NCBI GenBank assembly: GCA_964016885.1
Contig: OZ024740.1
Coordinates: 322,400,001-322,464,000 of the forward strand
Direction of reading: 5' to 3'
DNA: 64,000 nt
Source of the DNA: Eledone cirrhosa
Lineage: Eukaryota
Below, in pieces: positions 38,336-51,407 of this stretch; within the stretch, counting starts at the first letter, position 1, and the number at the start of each line of letters is the position of its first letter. The translations under genes and the position numbers were made by a program. The notes under the pieces were generated by a model, which saw only the letters and a list, made by a program, of their open reading frames with translations, had not been told where the DNA came from and searched no databases.

Positions 38336-39632
38336 TGCAAATTTTTACAATACCTTGTTCACTAGTAAAGTGAACTCCATAGTGTTACAACTCACTCCTC
38401 CCCTCCTCCTTCAACTTTATTACTTACAGATTCTATTGAGTTAGCTTGTTTCTAAGAGAAATATATTGTGTGATATCTATTTATCTCTCCATCTCTACAT
38501 CTCCCTCACCACCACTGTTTTACATCTGATTTCCATGCTGGCATGGATTGGACCACATTCTGCTCATTTTTGGCATAGTTTCTACAGCTGGATGCCTTCC
38601 CTAATACCAACCATTTCACACAATATACTGGGTGCATTTTATAGTGGTGCCAGTGCACACACACACTCTCTCTCTCCCTCTCTTTGTGTGTGTGTGTGTG
38701 TGTGTGCACACACACTCACACAATCATCATTATTTTTACATTCATCTTCCCATACTTCCATGGGCCGGACAGGTCTTTTCCAGCACAGTCTCTCCCCATT
38801 TGTTGCAGTTCTTTGTCATCTCCTCTGTGGAGCATCCTGACATCTGCCCATGCATTCCTCAGCCTTCCTCCACTGGTCTCTCCTGGCACATCACTCTATA
38901 ATCATTATCCATATGCATTACATGTTTATACAAGTACAATATTCTCTCTTGTACACCTGATACCTCTTATGCTTCAACTCGTAGTGGTTTGTCGCTCATA
39001 CACACCAACAGACCATGCTTGGTTCATTTCTTTCCAGCCTTCACACATCCTCCACATTCAATATTCATGTCTCACTCTCAACACAACATTGCACTACATA
39101 CTTAGGTATTATACAATTTACCCTTCACTCAGAGAGAAAATTCCTTTGTTGCCAGCAAATAGCTTCTTATATAAACAATAAATGTTGGTTTTATGGCTTA
39201 TAACCCTTTCCTTACCATGTTTCTAATGATTGACACTCTGATTTTAAAATAATCTTGAAAATAATCAAGAATTTGGTGGGATTTAGTAATGTAATTAACT
39301 TCATCATTATTAAACTGGTGGTTGGAACATAGCTTAACATAGATTCTTAAAAAATATAATTTTCAAATAACTTTGAAAATAAAGAATTTGGAAGGATTTA
39401 ATAATAAAACTAACCTTCTCATTATTAAGTTTGTTTGTTATGTAGCTTAACAAAGGTTCTTACATAAAATTATGATGGAAGGTGAAATTGATAGACATTT
39501 ATATAAAAACACTTCAAAATGAAGAGAAAAGAAAACTATTGGGTATTTTCAAGCTGTTTGGTATTAAGAGTTAAATAATTTCTGAAATCTCAGTTATTCC
39601 TAATGTGATTCTCTCTCTCCCTCTCTCTCTCT

Positions 39633-39633
39633 G

Positions 39634-39666
<33 letters not shown>

Positions 39667-39837
39667 ATATATGTGTATATATATATGTGCATGTATATAT
39701 ATATATGTGTGTGTGTGTGTATATATATATACACACACATATATATACATACATATGTATATATACATGTATGTATATATATGTGTGTGTATATATATAT
39801 GTGTGTGTATATATATATGTGTATGTATATATATATA

Positions 39838-39882
<45 letters not shown>

Positions 39883-39921
39883 ATCATCATCATCATACGT
39901 CCACTTTTCCCTGCTTGCGTG

Positions 39922-39984
<63 letters not shown>

Positions 39985-40061
39985 ATATATGTGTTTGTAT
40001 ATATATATATATGTATGTGTGTGTGTATGTATGTATATATATATATGTGTGTGTATGTATG

Positions 40062-40092
<31 letters not shown>

Positions 40093-40159
40093 ATGTATAT
40101 ATATATATATGTGTGTGTGTGTATGTATGTATATATATATATATGTGTGTGTATGTATG

Positions 40160-40190
<31 letters not shown>

Positions 40191-40197
40191 ATGTATG

Positions 40198-40242
<45 letters not shown>

Positions 40243-40289
40243 ATATATGTGTGTGTATGTATATATATATATATGTGTGTGTGTGTATG

Positions 40290-40324
<35 letters not shown>

Positions 40325-40597
40325 ATGTATATATATATATATATGTGTGTGTGTGTATATGTATATATATATATATATGTGTGTGTGTGTATATGTATAT
40401 ATATATATATATGTGTGTGTGTGTATATGTATATATATATATATATATATGTGTGTGTATGTATATATATATATATATATGTGTGTGTATGTATATATAT
40501 ATATATATATATATGTGTGTATGTATATATATATATGTGTATGTATATATATATGTGTGTGTGTGTATGTATATATATATATATATGTGTGTGTATG
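39633..40597. repeat. Compound (TA)/(TG)/(TATG) microsatellite
   Basis: Direct inspection. Confidence 0.97.
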
Positions 40598-40861
40598 CAT
40601 CATCATCATCATCATCAACGTTTCACGTCCGTGTTCCACGCTTGCATGGGTTTGGACGGGGGTAGTCCCACTTGAGGCAAGAGTGATTGTCTTGCTCGCA
40701 TAGGACTGTCTGGCAGGTTTTCTACAGTTGGATGCCCTTCCTAACACCAACCACATTTACAGTGTGGGTCTGGGAGGTTTTTACCATGTTGCCTACACGG
40801 CCACATTACAGCGTGGACTGTGTGTTTTTATGTCGTGACACCTACACGATCTCATTTGTTT
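40598..40861 (-). mobile_element. RTE LINE 3' UTR
   Basis: Near-identical to 48549-48803 and to the reverse complement of about 7280-7531. Confidence 0.88.
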
Positions 40862-40862
40862 G

Positions 40863-40897
<35 letters not shown>

Positions 40898-40932
40898 ATG
40901 TATATGTATATATAGATGTGTGTATGTATATG

Positions 40933-40967
<35 letters not shown>

Positions 40968-40976
40968 CTCTGTATG

Positions 40977-41009
<33 letters not shown>

Positions 41010-41115
41010 ATGTATATATATATATATATGTGTGTATATGTATGTATATAATCATGTTGTTTAAATTTTCCTTTCTATGAAATTTAATTATTCCTGTTTA
41101 TTTTGTTTATTTCAG

Positions 41116-41171
41116 GTTATAAATATCCAAGACATCATAAGACACCCATCAGTGGACGAGATGAAAGATGT
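41116..41171 (+). CDS. ERK: ERK MAP kinase, 56-bp internal exon
   Basis: Acceptor tttatttcag; translates VINIQDIIRHPSVDEMKD(V), continuing in phase 0 from HEN and matching ERK IIGINDIIRAPTIEQMKDV; ends in phase 2 before GTATCCTT. Confidence 0.93.
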
Positions 41172-41263
41172 GTATCCTTAAAATATGTCTGTTTTGTTTC
41201 TTGTTTCTCTTTAATGATATCCTCATTCTCATCATCATCACCCACTCCTCACCATTATTGTCG

Positions 41264-41466
41264 TTGGCAGAATCGCTAGAGCGTCGGACACTGTGCTTCA
41301 TGGCATAGTAACGTCCCTTTATTTTCTGAGTTCAAATCCCGCCTAGGTTAGCTTTGCCTTTCATCCTTAAGGATCAATAAAATAAAGCACCAGTAATGCA
41401 CTGAGGTCGATTCAGTCGACTTTCCCCTCTCTCCAAAATTGCTGGCCTTGTGCTTGGATCAGAAAT
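41264..41466 (+). mobile_element. tRNA-derived Meta-like SINE
   Basis: ttggcagaatcgctagagcg..gagttcaaatccc..gcctttcatcctt..aataaagcaccagtaatgcact. Confidence 0.75.
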
Positions 41467-41751
41467 CATTATTGTCTGTAGCAGTAATAACACGATCATC
41501 ATCATTCTTTGTCTGCTTTTTCATGTTGGCATGGGTTGGGGCAGAACGTTCTGAGGCAGATTTTCTACAGCTGGATGCCCTTTTAACACCAACCCATATC
41601 TTATTTTTAAATTTGATATATATACTGTTAATGTTTGTCAAACTGCTAAGCTGCAGGATGTGTTGTTTCTGGGATGACAAATAATGTTAGCACTGATGTT
41701 TATAAATAGTGTTGATATCTTTTGTGATAATTGTCAAACACACATGCTTGT

Positions 41752-41804
<53 letters not shown>

Positions 41805-41808
<4 letters not shown>

Positions 41809-41915
41809 ACCCCGACGGCTGAGCTCAAGCCGGTTCGACGGCTAATTCTGGACTATAATCATTTTAGTCCAGAATTAGCCGTCGAAACGGCTTGAGCTCA
41901 GCCGTCGGGATCCTA
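41805..41915. repeat. Fold-back palindrome with 55-bp arms, a 1-nt centre (41860) and 3 mismatches
   Basis: taggaccccgacggctgagctcaagcc... / ...ggcttgagctcagccgtcgggatccta; the element continues to about 42003; a relative lies at 35696-35845. Confidence 0.92.
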
Positions 41916-42002
41916 CTCGTTCCTATTACCCACTCTACTACCGTAAGTATTGAGTACTTTGGTGCGTTATGGTCCATCTGGTTCCTTACCACATTTCCTT
42001 CG

Positions 42003-42039
<37 letters not shown>

Positions 42040-42336
42040 ACATTAATAAAGATGCTGATGTTACATAAATCTTTTATTCATCATAATTATTTCAACAGTT
42101 CTTCCATGCAATCAAGATGTGATTCATGCATTTGTTGTTATGAGAACGGTATCCTCAGATGAAATTTGATTTTGTGATATGCTGCCGGCAGGAAAAAAAA
42201 TACATGTCCTTTTGCTCATGTAACATCAACATCTTTATTAATGTTATTTTTATACTGAATCTCCATCGTAACTACAAACTACGAATTTTGAGAGCTTTCT
42301 TCTGCTTCTCTTTTTTAACCAAAACAATCTCTTCAG

Positions 42337-42368
<32 letters not shown>

Positions 42369-42824
42369 TCTGTGTATAGTGCTGGTGACACAACCAAAAG
42401 CACCTGGTCCACCTTTTAAGGTGGTTGCGCCACAATAAGAAACATCCACTGCACCTTGTAAAGTTGTTGTTTGTGCCATGACAAAAAAAAAAACACCCAG
42501 TCCACCCTGTATGTGGGCCGTACAGGTGCCGCAACAAAAATGACACTAGAAAATCAAGCCCAAAATGGATATATGAGCAAGACTTTGTCACTTGACTTGT
42601 CTAGCTCCCAGAATTTGAGAACGTGGAAAATAGACGTTAAACGTTGATGATATATGAAATAGTTTCATGGTTTTCTTGAAACATTGTGGAATATGAAAGA
42701 ATGAGTTGGTTTTAGGAACTACTACAATGTAAAGGAGCGATAAATATACATGTAACAATGCATAATAAAGAAAAAAGAAAACAAGGAAATCCAAATGTTA
42801 CCTTAGAAATATTTAATAGTTCCT

Positions 42825-42864
<40 letters not shown>

Positions 42865-42962
42865 TATTTCCTTAAAGGAAAATGTTAAAGAGTTGTCGAA
42901 GAGTAAATTATGCATCTATTGCTGCCTTTTGCTAGTACCAGCAAAAAACTTAAACCCAATGT

Positions 42963-43435
42963 CTTGTTAGTCTGAGTATCTCAGATATATTGAGCTGGTC
43001 TGAATACCCCCACAGATATATTGAGCCGGTCTGAATACCCCCACAGATATATTGAGCCGGTCTGAATACCCCCACAGATATATTGAGCCGGTCTGAATAC
43101 CCCCACAGATATATTGAGCCGGTCTGAATACCCCACAAATATATTGAGCCGATCTGAATACCCCACAGATATATTGAGCCGGTCTGAATATCCCACAGAT
43201 ATATTGAGCCGGTCTGAATATCCCACAGATATATTGAGCCGGTCTGAATACCCCACAGATATATTGAGCCTGTCTAAATATCCTGCAGATATATTGAGCC
43301 AGTCTGAATATCTCCCAGATATATTGAACCAGTCTGAATATGTCCCAGATATATTGAACCAGTCTGAATATGTCCCAGATATATTGAACCAGTCTGAATA
43401 TCTCCCAGATATATTGAGCCAGCCTTGTTAGTCTG
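42963..43435. repeat. 30-31-bp minisatellite, about 15 copies
   Basis: cagatatattgagccggtctgaatacccca repeated; bounded by the direct repeat cttgttagtctg. Confidence 0.95.
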
Positions 43436-46400
43436 TCTATCTGAATATATAATTTTAATTGCTACCAATTTCCACTTAAAGATTCAGTCATTATTATTGG
43501 ACTGGACATTCAGTTTTATATATAAATATATGCACACACTACCATTCATGCAAATATTCACATTTTTAGAATTAGCCATTTCATGCTAATTAGAAGACGA
43601 CAATAATAATAATAGTAACACTAATAATGATGATGATGATGATAATATAAAACAGGTTATTGTACAATTATGCAACATTAAAATGGAATCTAGTTCATGG
43701 TATTATATTATTGATACTTTTTTTTATTTTATTTTCTGGGTTTTGTTTCAATCAATACATGGAAAGATTATTTTCTTTTCCTCCTCTACCACCACTAATA
43801 CTGCTGCTACTACTACTAACAACAACCACTACCACCACTACCACCACCAACAACACTATCATTGCCAACACCATGAATAACAATACCACCACTATCACTA
43901 CCAACACCAACAGTATTACCACCATCACCCACCACCACTGCCACTATACCTCCACCACCACCCCTGAACTGTTGTTATTTTGTGCCTATCCTATTTAGTT
44001 TAATGTTAATTGCACATGGCTGCGTGCACCAAATTTATCATACCAACAGACACATCAATTAAATCCTATTTTACGTTCCAGTACAATCTGTAAAGTCTTC
44101 TTCGTTAACTTGTCTTTCTAATTAGGAAAGTACATCCACACTCTTGTTTAAATTAAAGGAAAAAAATATATATTTAACCCTTTCCCTATTAACCTGACTG
44201 AAACCACCTTGTGCAAGACACTTCATTTCATGTTGATTCAGTTTACTCAGCTAAAAATAAGTATTGCCAGCAGCTAGGGAAGGGGGACGTGGCCATGGTC
44301 TTAAGCTTATGGTCTAATATCCCGACCAGGTGATATATTTCTCCTTGAGCAAGACACTTCATTTCACGTTGATTCAGTTTACTCAACTGAAAATAAGTAT
44401 TACTTGCAGCCGGGGTGAGGTGGGGAGCTTGTGGTTAGCCATGTGATGGGTTAAAATCCTCTCCTGTGAAGTTTTGTATTGAAATAATACCCATGAAAAG
44501 GTAGTAAATTGGCAGAGTTGTTAAAACATTGGATAGAATGCTTTGCAGTATTCTTTCCTGCTCTCTGAGTTCAAATCCTGTCGAGGTCAACTTTGCCTTT
44601 CATTTTTTCAAGGTCGATAAAAAAAAAAGTCTAATACTGAAGTTGATTCTTCCTCTATATATCTTTCTTACTTCCTCTCTCTCACTTTCTATCCCTCCCA
44701 GGAAGAAATCTGTGTTCACCTGGAGAGGAGATGGGCTCCGCCAGGTTTTAAAGTGCCATAAAAACACTGTATTGATGTACGCCCTTATGAATCCCTCAGC
44801 AGTTATGGGACTAAAAAAAATAAATAATACCCATGAGACTGGCTTCATCTAACCCATGCCAGCAAAGAAAAACATGTCAAGCAATAACTCTTAATTGTAT
44901 TTAAAATTAAATCCATCCATCATAATTTTATCTCAAATCTTGAATTCTAAACATAATCTTAAAAGGAAAAAAAAATTCTATTGAGCTTCCTCAAATGTTT
45001 TAGCCTTTTTGATAGCAAACTTCCTTGGTTCTATGATACTAAGATATTTATTGTAGTGTTTGTATTCATCTAAAATCCTTCCATCATAATTTTATGAAAG
45101 AACTTCTATTATTAAGTTCCAAACACAAGCTTTAGTTAGTTATATTACTAAATCCCTACAAATTCTTGATTATTTAAAAAAATATTTGAAAATTATATGC
45201 CATGTCTTTAATTAGAAATATGGTAATGGAAACATTGTGACATGTAGACTGTATATTTCATTAGAAATATGATCTCAAAAAGGTTAAAAAAGAATTCATT
45301 GCATTTATTGCTATATTAAAAAAAAAAAATTTGCTTTATTTTGAATTAATGTATTATGTCTAGAAGATTCTAATATTGAATTACTCATTCTTCTGTCACT
45401 TCTTTTTTTTACAAACATGTTATTTTATTTTTTACTGGTTTCAGTCATTAGACTGTGGCCATGCTAGGACACTGCCATTACCATTTACATTACTCTATAT
45501 ATATACCATTGTATTTTCATGGTAAAGGCATTATCTCACATAATATCGAATCTATGAGATTTTGATGTTATTTATTTTGAGAACAATACCTTAACATCAG
45601 TATGAATGGCCAATTATGTCCAGTTTGAACAGAAAGAGGTGAGAGAATTCTGCCTGGATATTGCCAGTTTAAATACTAAAGAGTTAAATAGGTTTAGTTT
45701 GTCACATTAACCCTAGTACATATTTTATCAATATTATTTTGCCAAACTACTAGTTACAGGATGTAAACACAGACATGGACACACAGACATGGGGACACAC
45801 ACATGTACATATAGAATGAGCTTCTGCAGTTTCTATCTACAAAATTTCATACATTAGGCTTTAGTCAACCCGAGGTTCATAGAAGACACTTGCCCAAGTT
45901 GCCACACAGTGGGACTGAATCCAGGACCATATGAATGCTAAGCAAACTCCTTCATAACAACAACCTTGCTTGAGCCTATGTCTATCTCTAATTTACACAT
46001 AATCCTCCCATTTTCCATTCCAATGACCTGCTCTGACCTCCTTCTACTCAACTACAATGTCCATATATGTCAACTGTTTTGTCTGGACACATGTAATTTA
46101 TTTTTATTTTTGTATCACTAATTACTTTCAACTCTCCACTATTTTCTTTTCTTTTCTCATCTGTCGTCTCTTCTAAACATACATAGTTTCTCATCATACC
46201 ATGCTCATATATATTAACCCTTGCATTACCATATTTTTCTAATGAAAGGCACTATGATTTTCAAATCAATTTGTAAAATAATCAAGAATTTAAAGAGATT
46301 TAGTAAAAAGAACTAACTTTATCATTATTTATTTGGTGTAGTGCAACAAATTGGCAGAATTGGTAGAGCGTCGGACACCATGCTTTGTGGCAAAGAGTTA

Positions 46401-46681
46401 TAGCCCTTTACATTCTGAGTTCAACTCCCGCTGAGGTCAGCTTGGCCTTTTGTCCTTACGAGGTCGATAAAATAAAGTACCACTAATGATTTAAATAACT
46501 TTCCCCCTCTCCAAAATTGCTGGCCTTGTGCCTAAATAAGAAACCATAAAATCTGATGAAAAGTTTTAGATAAATATAATCACTATAAAATAAACAGCTT
46601 TGTATCATAACACAATGTGGGATTTCTGGTGATTTGGTATCAAAGGGTTAACAGTCCATCTCTCTTGTTAAGTGTCCTGTA

Positions 46682-46868
46682 TGAGGGTCAGCTGAAAAGT
46701 TTATAGGCTGAACAAGATACTCTCATGGAATGACCAAATGAGATTTATTTTTTTAAACATAGTCTCTGGAAAGAAACGATGCAGTTATTAATAAGAAGAG
46801 TTGAAATTAATGCATGCAAGATTTCACAACTCTAGCATCAAGCCTATTAATTTTTCAGCCGACCCTCG
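46682..46868. mobile_element. mariner-type MITE
   Basis: TA-tgagggtcagctgaaaa ... ttttcagccgaccctcg-TA. Confidence 0.8.
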
Positions 46869-47286
46869 TATATGTATTAGTTTTTATTATAATTATTTTG
46901 TCTTATCTTTTGGTAGCCAGAAAATGAGTTCATGTTTCATGTAATTCTATGTTCCCATGGAGAGTCATTTTAGGAGTTAACTTCAACTAAATTTAAAATA
47001 TTTTTGTCGTTTCTCTGAAATGATGTGTGTCTGTGTGCTTTTGTGTATGTGTTTGTGTGTGTCTGTGTGTCTTTACTGTGTGTCATCTAAGTATGTGTGT
47101 GTATCTCTGTTTATTATTATTATTTTTTATTTTATTTTACTTTCACAGTAAATAACAAAATGTTTGAGTCATTTATTCAGTGTCTAATTAGAGTTTTTCC
47201 TCCTGCTGCAGATTCAGTTTAACCCCCCTTCTCACACCCCCACACACACGCATACACCAGCATGGAATGCGGACATATGATGATTA

Positions 47287-47348
47287 TGTATATGTGTGTA
47301 TATATATATATATGTGTGTGTGTATGTATATATATATATGTGTGTATG

Positions 47349-47379
<31 letters not shown>

Positions 47380-47856
47380 ATATATATATATATGTGTGTG
47401 TATATATATATATATGTGTGTGTATGTATATATATATGTGTGTGTATGTATATATATATATATGTGTATGTATATATATATATATGTGTATGTATATATA
47501 TATATATATGTGTATGTATATATATATATATATATATGTGTGTGTATGTATATATATATATGTGTGTGTGTATGTATATATATATGTGTATGTATATATG
47601 TGTGTGTATGTATATATGTGTGTGTATGTATGTATATGTGTGTGTATGTATGTATATGTGTGTATGTATATATATATGTGTGTATGTATGTATATATATG
47701 TGTGTATGTATGTATATATATGTGTGTGTGTATATATATGTGTGTGTGTATATATATGTGTGTGTGTATGTATATATGTGTGTGTGTATGTATATATGTG
47801 TGTGTGTATGTATATATGTGTGTGTGTGTATATATATATGTGTGTGTGTGTGTATG

Positions 47857-47915
<59 letters not shown>

Positions 47916-47976
47916 GTATATATATATATATATGTGTGTATGTATGTATATATATATATATGTGTGTGTGTGTATG

Positions 47977-48045
<69 letters not shown>

Positions 48046-48157
48046 ATGTATATATATATATATATGTGTGTGTATGTATATATATATATATGTGTGTGTG
48101 TGTATGTATATATATGTGTGTGTGTGTGTATGTATATATATGTGTGTGTGTGTGTGT
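47287..48157. repeat. Compound TA/TG/TATG microsatellite
   Basis: Direct inspection. Confidence 0.97.
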
Positions 48158-48492
48158 CATCATCATCATCATCACCGTTTTACGTCCGTTCTTCCACGCT
48201 AGCATGGGTTAGACGGGTTGTCCTGTTGTGGGCAGTGTCTGGTCGGCTGACCATGCCTTGCTCATACAGGAACTGATCTGGCTTGATTTCTACAGCTGGA
48301 TGCCCTTCCTAACACCAACCTCATTTACAGTGAGTGCTGGGTGCTTTTTCGTGGCGCCTACACGTCCACTTTACAGTGTGGGCTGGGTGCTTTTTTGCCG
48401 TGGCACCTCCACGACCACCTTGCGGTGGGGGGGGGGGGGGGCATATTGTTTATATGCTTCAGCATGTACCCATGGGAGGTCGGGTACCCTGT
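48158..48492 (-). mobile_element. RTE LINE 3' UTR, young copy
   Basis: Nearly identical reverse complement of about 61588-61925. Confidence 0.9.
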
Positions 48493-48548
48493 ATGTGTAT
48501 ATATATATATGTGTGTGTATGTATATATATATATGTGTGTGTATGTAT

Positions 48549-49680
48549 TATCATCATCAACGTTTAACGTCCGTGTTCCATGCTTCCATGGGTTTGGACG
48601 GGGGTTTTCCCACTTGAGGCAAGAGTGATTATCTTGCTCGCATAGGACTATCTGGCGGGTTTTCTACAGCTGGATGCCCTTCCTAACACCAACCACATTT
48701 ACAGTGTGGGGCTGGGAGGTTTTTACCGTGTTGCCTACACGGCCACATTACAGCGTGGACTGTGTTTTTTTTTTACGTGACACCTACACGATCTCATTTG
48801 TTTCGGCCTGGATGTTGTGGCACCAACATAACTTTACATTGAAAGGGGCGGTGTGGATGGGGTGGGGTGGGTGGGACGGGGGTGTATTTTGTTAGAGATG
48901 CCTACTGACTATAATAGGTTTTACTTTGTATTTAGGTAAGGCAGGTCTTCTCTATTACTGAGTACCGCCAAAGGTCTCGGTCCAGTGACATTGTCTTGGA
49001 GAGGTGTAAGTGTGTGAGGTCGGAATTTATCAGCTCGTCCCAGGTTTTTCTGGGTCTGCCTATTCCGTGGCTACCGTCTATCTTTATTGCCCTGCACTTT
49101 GTTATACAGCTATCGTCTTTCAGCTATCGTCTTTCATTACTATACCAACGTAGTCTTCTCTCGAGTAAACAACATCTGATCCCTCTTATTCCTAATTTCT
49201 CCCTTAGTTCGTTTATGCTTTGCCGTTCACGTATATTACACATCCAGCGGAGCATGCAAGCTTCGTTCCTCTCTAGTCTGCGTATATCCTCTGCACACAA
49301 TGCCCAGGTCTCACTGCCATGTAACATTGCTGTTCGTATGCAGGCATCATACAGCCTGCCTTTCATTTTTAGAGAGAACCCTTTAGCGGCCAATAGTGGT
49401 ATAAGCTCTCTGAACTTTTTCCACCCCGTTCTGACTCTAGCTACTGTACTTTCAGAGCACCCTCCCCCACTGCTGATTTTGTCACCCAGGTAACGGAAGC
49501 TGTCCACTATTTCTATAGAACCCTCTGCGCAGTTGAAAGAGCTAGTATTTTGTGGCAACTTGCTGCTACTTATTGCACGAGAGCACCGGCCACATGTAAA
49601 ATCTATGTTCTTAGTTAGCTTACCTGTGATCCCACTACATCTTTTATGCACCCATACTTTGCATTTGGGACACAAAATGG
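48549..49680 (-). mobile_element. 5'-truncated RTE LINE
   Basis: Minus ORF 49124-49675 [12 protein letters not shown]...CGRC...[11 protein letters not shown]...HGSETW; 3' UTR and (GAT)n tail; close copy of 6452-7531. Confidence 0.93.
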
Positions 49681-49698
49681 AATATATATATATGTGTG

Positions 49699-49739
<41 letters not shown>

Positions 49740-50560
49740 ATGTATATATATATATATATATATGTGTGTGTATGTATATATATATGTGTGTATGTATATA
49801 TATATATATATGTGTGTGTATGTATATATATATGTGTGTATGTATATATATATATATATATATGTGTGTATGTATATATATATATATGTGTGTGTATGTA
49901 TATATATATATATGTGTATGTATGTATATATATATATATATATGTGTATGTATGTATATATATATATATGTGTGTGTGTATGTATATATATATATATATG
50001 TGTATGTATGTATATATATATATATATATATGTGTATGTATGTATATATATATATATGTGTATGTATATATATATATGTGTATGTATGTATATATATATA
50101 TATATATGTGTGTATGTATGTATATATATATATATATGTGTGTATGTATGTATATATATATATATATATGTGTGTATGTATGTATATATATATATATATG
50201 TGTATGTATGTATATATATATATATATGTGTGTATGTATATATATATATATATGTGTGTATGTATATATATATATATATATGTGTGTATGTATATATATA
50301 TATATATATGTGTGTATGTATATATATATATGTGTATGTATATATATATATGTGTGTATGTATATATATATATATATGTGTGTATGTATGTATATATATA
50401 TATGTGTGTGTATGTATGTATATATATATATGTGTGTGTATGTATGTATGTATATATATATGTGTGTATGTATGTATATATATATGTGTGTATGTATATA
50501 TATATATATATATATATGTGTATGTATGTATGTATGTATGTATGTATGTATGTATGTGCA
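49681..50560. repeat. Compound TA/TG/TATG microsatellite
   Basis: Direct inspection. Confidence 0.97.
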
Positions 50561-50566
50561 TATGTC

Positions 50567-51171
50567 AGGTCACCAGTTGGTGCTACTGGTAACATGTATC
50601 CCAGTACAACCTGTCTCATGGTCGGGTCGTTGGCGACTAAACTGGCAACCCCACCAAGGTTTCTTGGTGAGGAGGGTGACTTTGGACATCCTGCAGGACT
50701 AAAAACAAAACCTGTCAAAGGGCAAAGGAGCTCTTAAAAGTCAATGGCCATCCAAAATCACCGGGAGAGATGACCCCTTAGCCTTTGTCAAGGCAGAATT
50801 CTAGGAGAAGGAAAACTCTGATATAACACCTGCAACCCTGATGGTATCCAATGATGTTGACTTGTTCTTCTTTTTGGTAAATATCATCTTGGTTAAGAGA
50901 GTGGGACTGGCTTTGTGCAGTGCCTTTGCTCACTATAAAAGCTTCACGGCACAGGCATTGCTTTGTATCTGGAGATCTCTCTGCACTTGTCCTCACATGG
51001 TACCATGGGCCCAGCACTATGTGTCAATAATTGTCACAGGTGTAGTGTTTGTACCAGAGTTTTCAAGTCGCTGGCTGGACTAAAAAGTCACACTCGTTCA
51101 GCGCTTCGGTAGGGGTTCTCCTACATGGATATAAAGTAGTGGCCGTACTCGAAAACGAGTTGGCAGCCACC
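50567..51171 (+). mobile_element. Non-coding RTE-derived non-autonomous retroelement of about 600 bp (apparently full length)
   Basis: Same 5' end as the inverted copy at 61942-62531; RTE 5'-UTR-like ctaggagaaggaaaactctga; 3' end tggccgtactcgaaaacgagttggcagccacc then microsatellite; no tRNA head seen. Confidence 0.75.
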
Positions 51172-51372
51172 ATATGTATGTATATGTATATATGTATGTA
51201 TATGTATATGTGTATGTATGTGTATGTATATATATGTATATGTGTATGTATATGTATGTGTATGTATGTATATATGTGTGTATATGTATGTATGTATATG
51301 TATATGTATATGTATGTATGTATATGTATGTATGTATGTATGTGTATATGTATGTATATGTATATGTATGTG

Positions 51373-51407
<35 letters not shown>

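Larger units (their letters stand above)
24753..41115 (+). other. U2-type GT-AG intron of ERK (about 16.4 kb, phase 0)
   Basis: GTGAGT donor and tttatttcAG acceptor; joins HEN|VIN in frame. Confidence 0.9.

Noticed and set aside
42963-43435. CRISPR-like 30-bp periodic repeat and its repetitive ORFs
   Set aside because: Units are head-to-tail with no unique spacers, there are no cas genes, and the context is a eukaryotic intron.
50567-50690. HDV-like ribozyme at the 5' end of the 600-bp element
   Set aside because: A P1-like helix with a G-U first pair exists, but P3/L3/P1.1 and the nested pseudoknot order could not be fitted; kept only as an unassigned structure.
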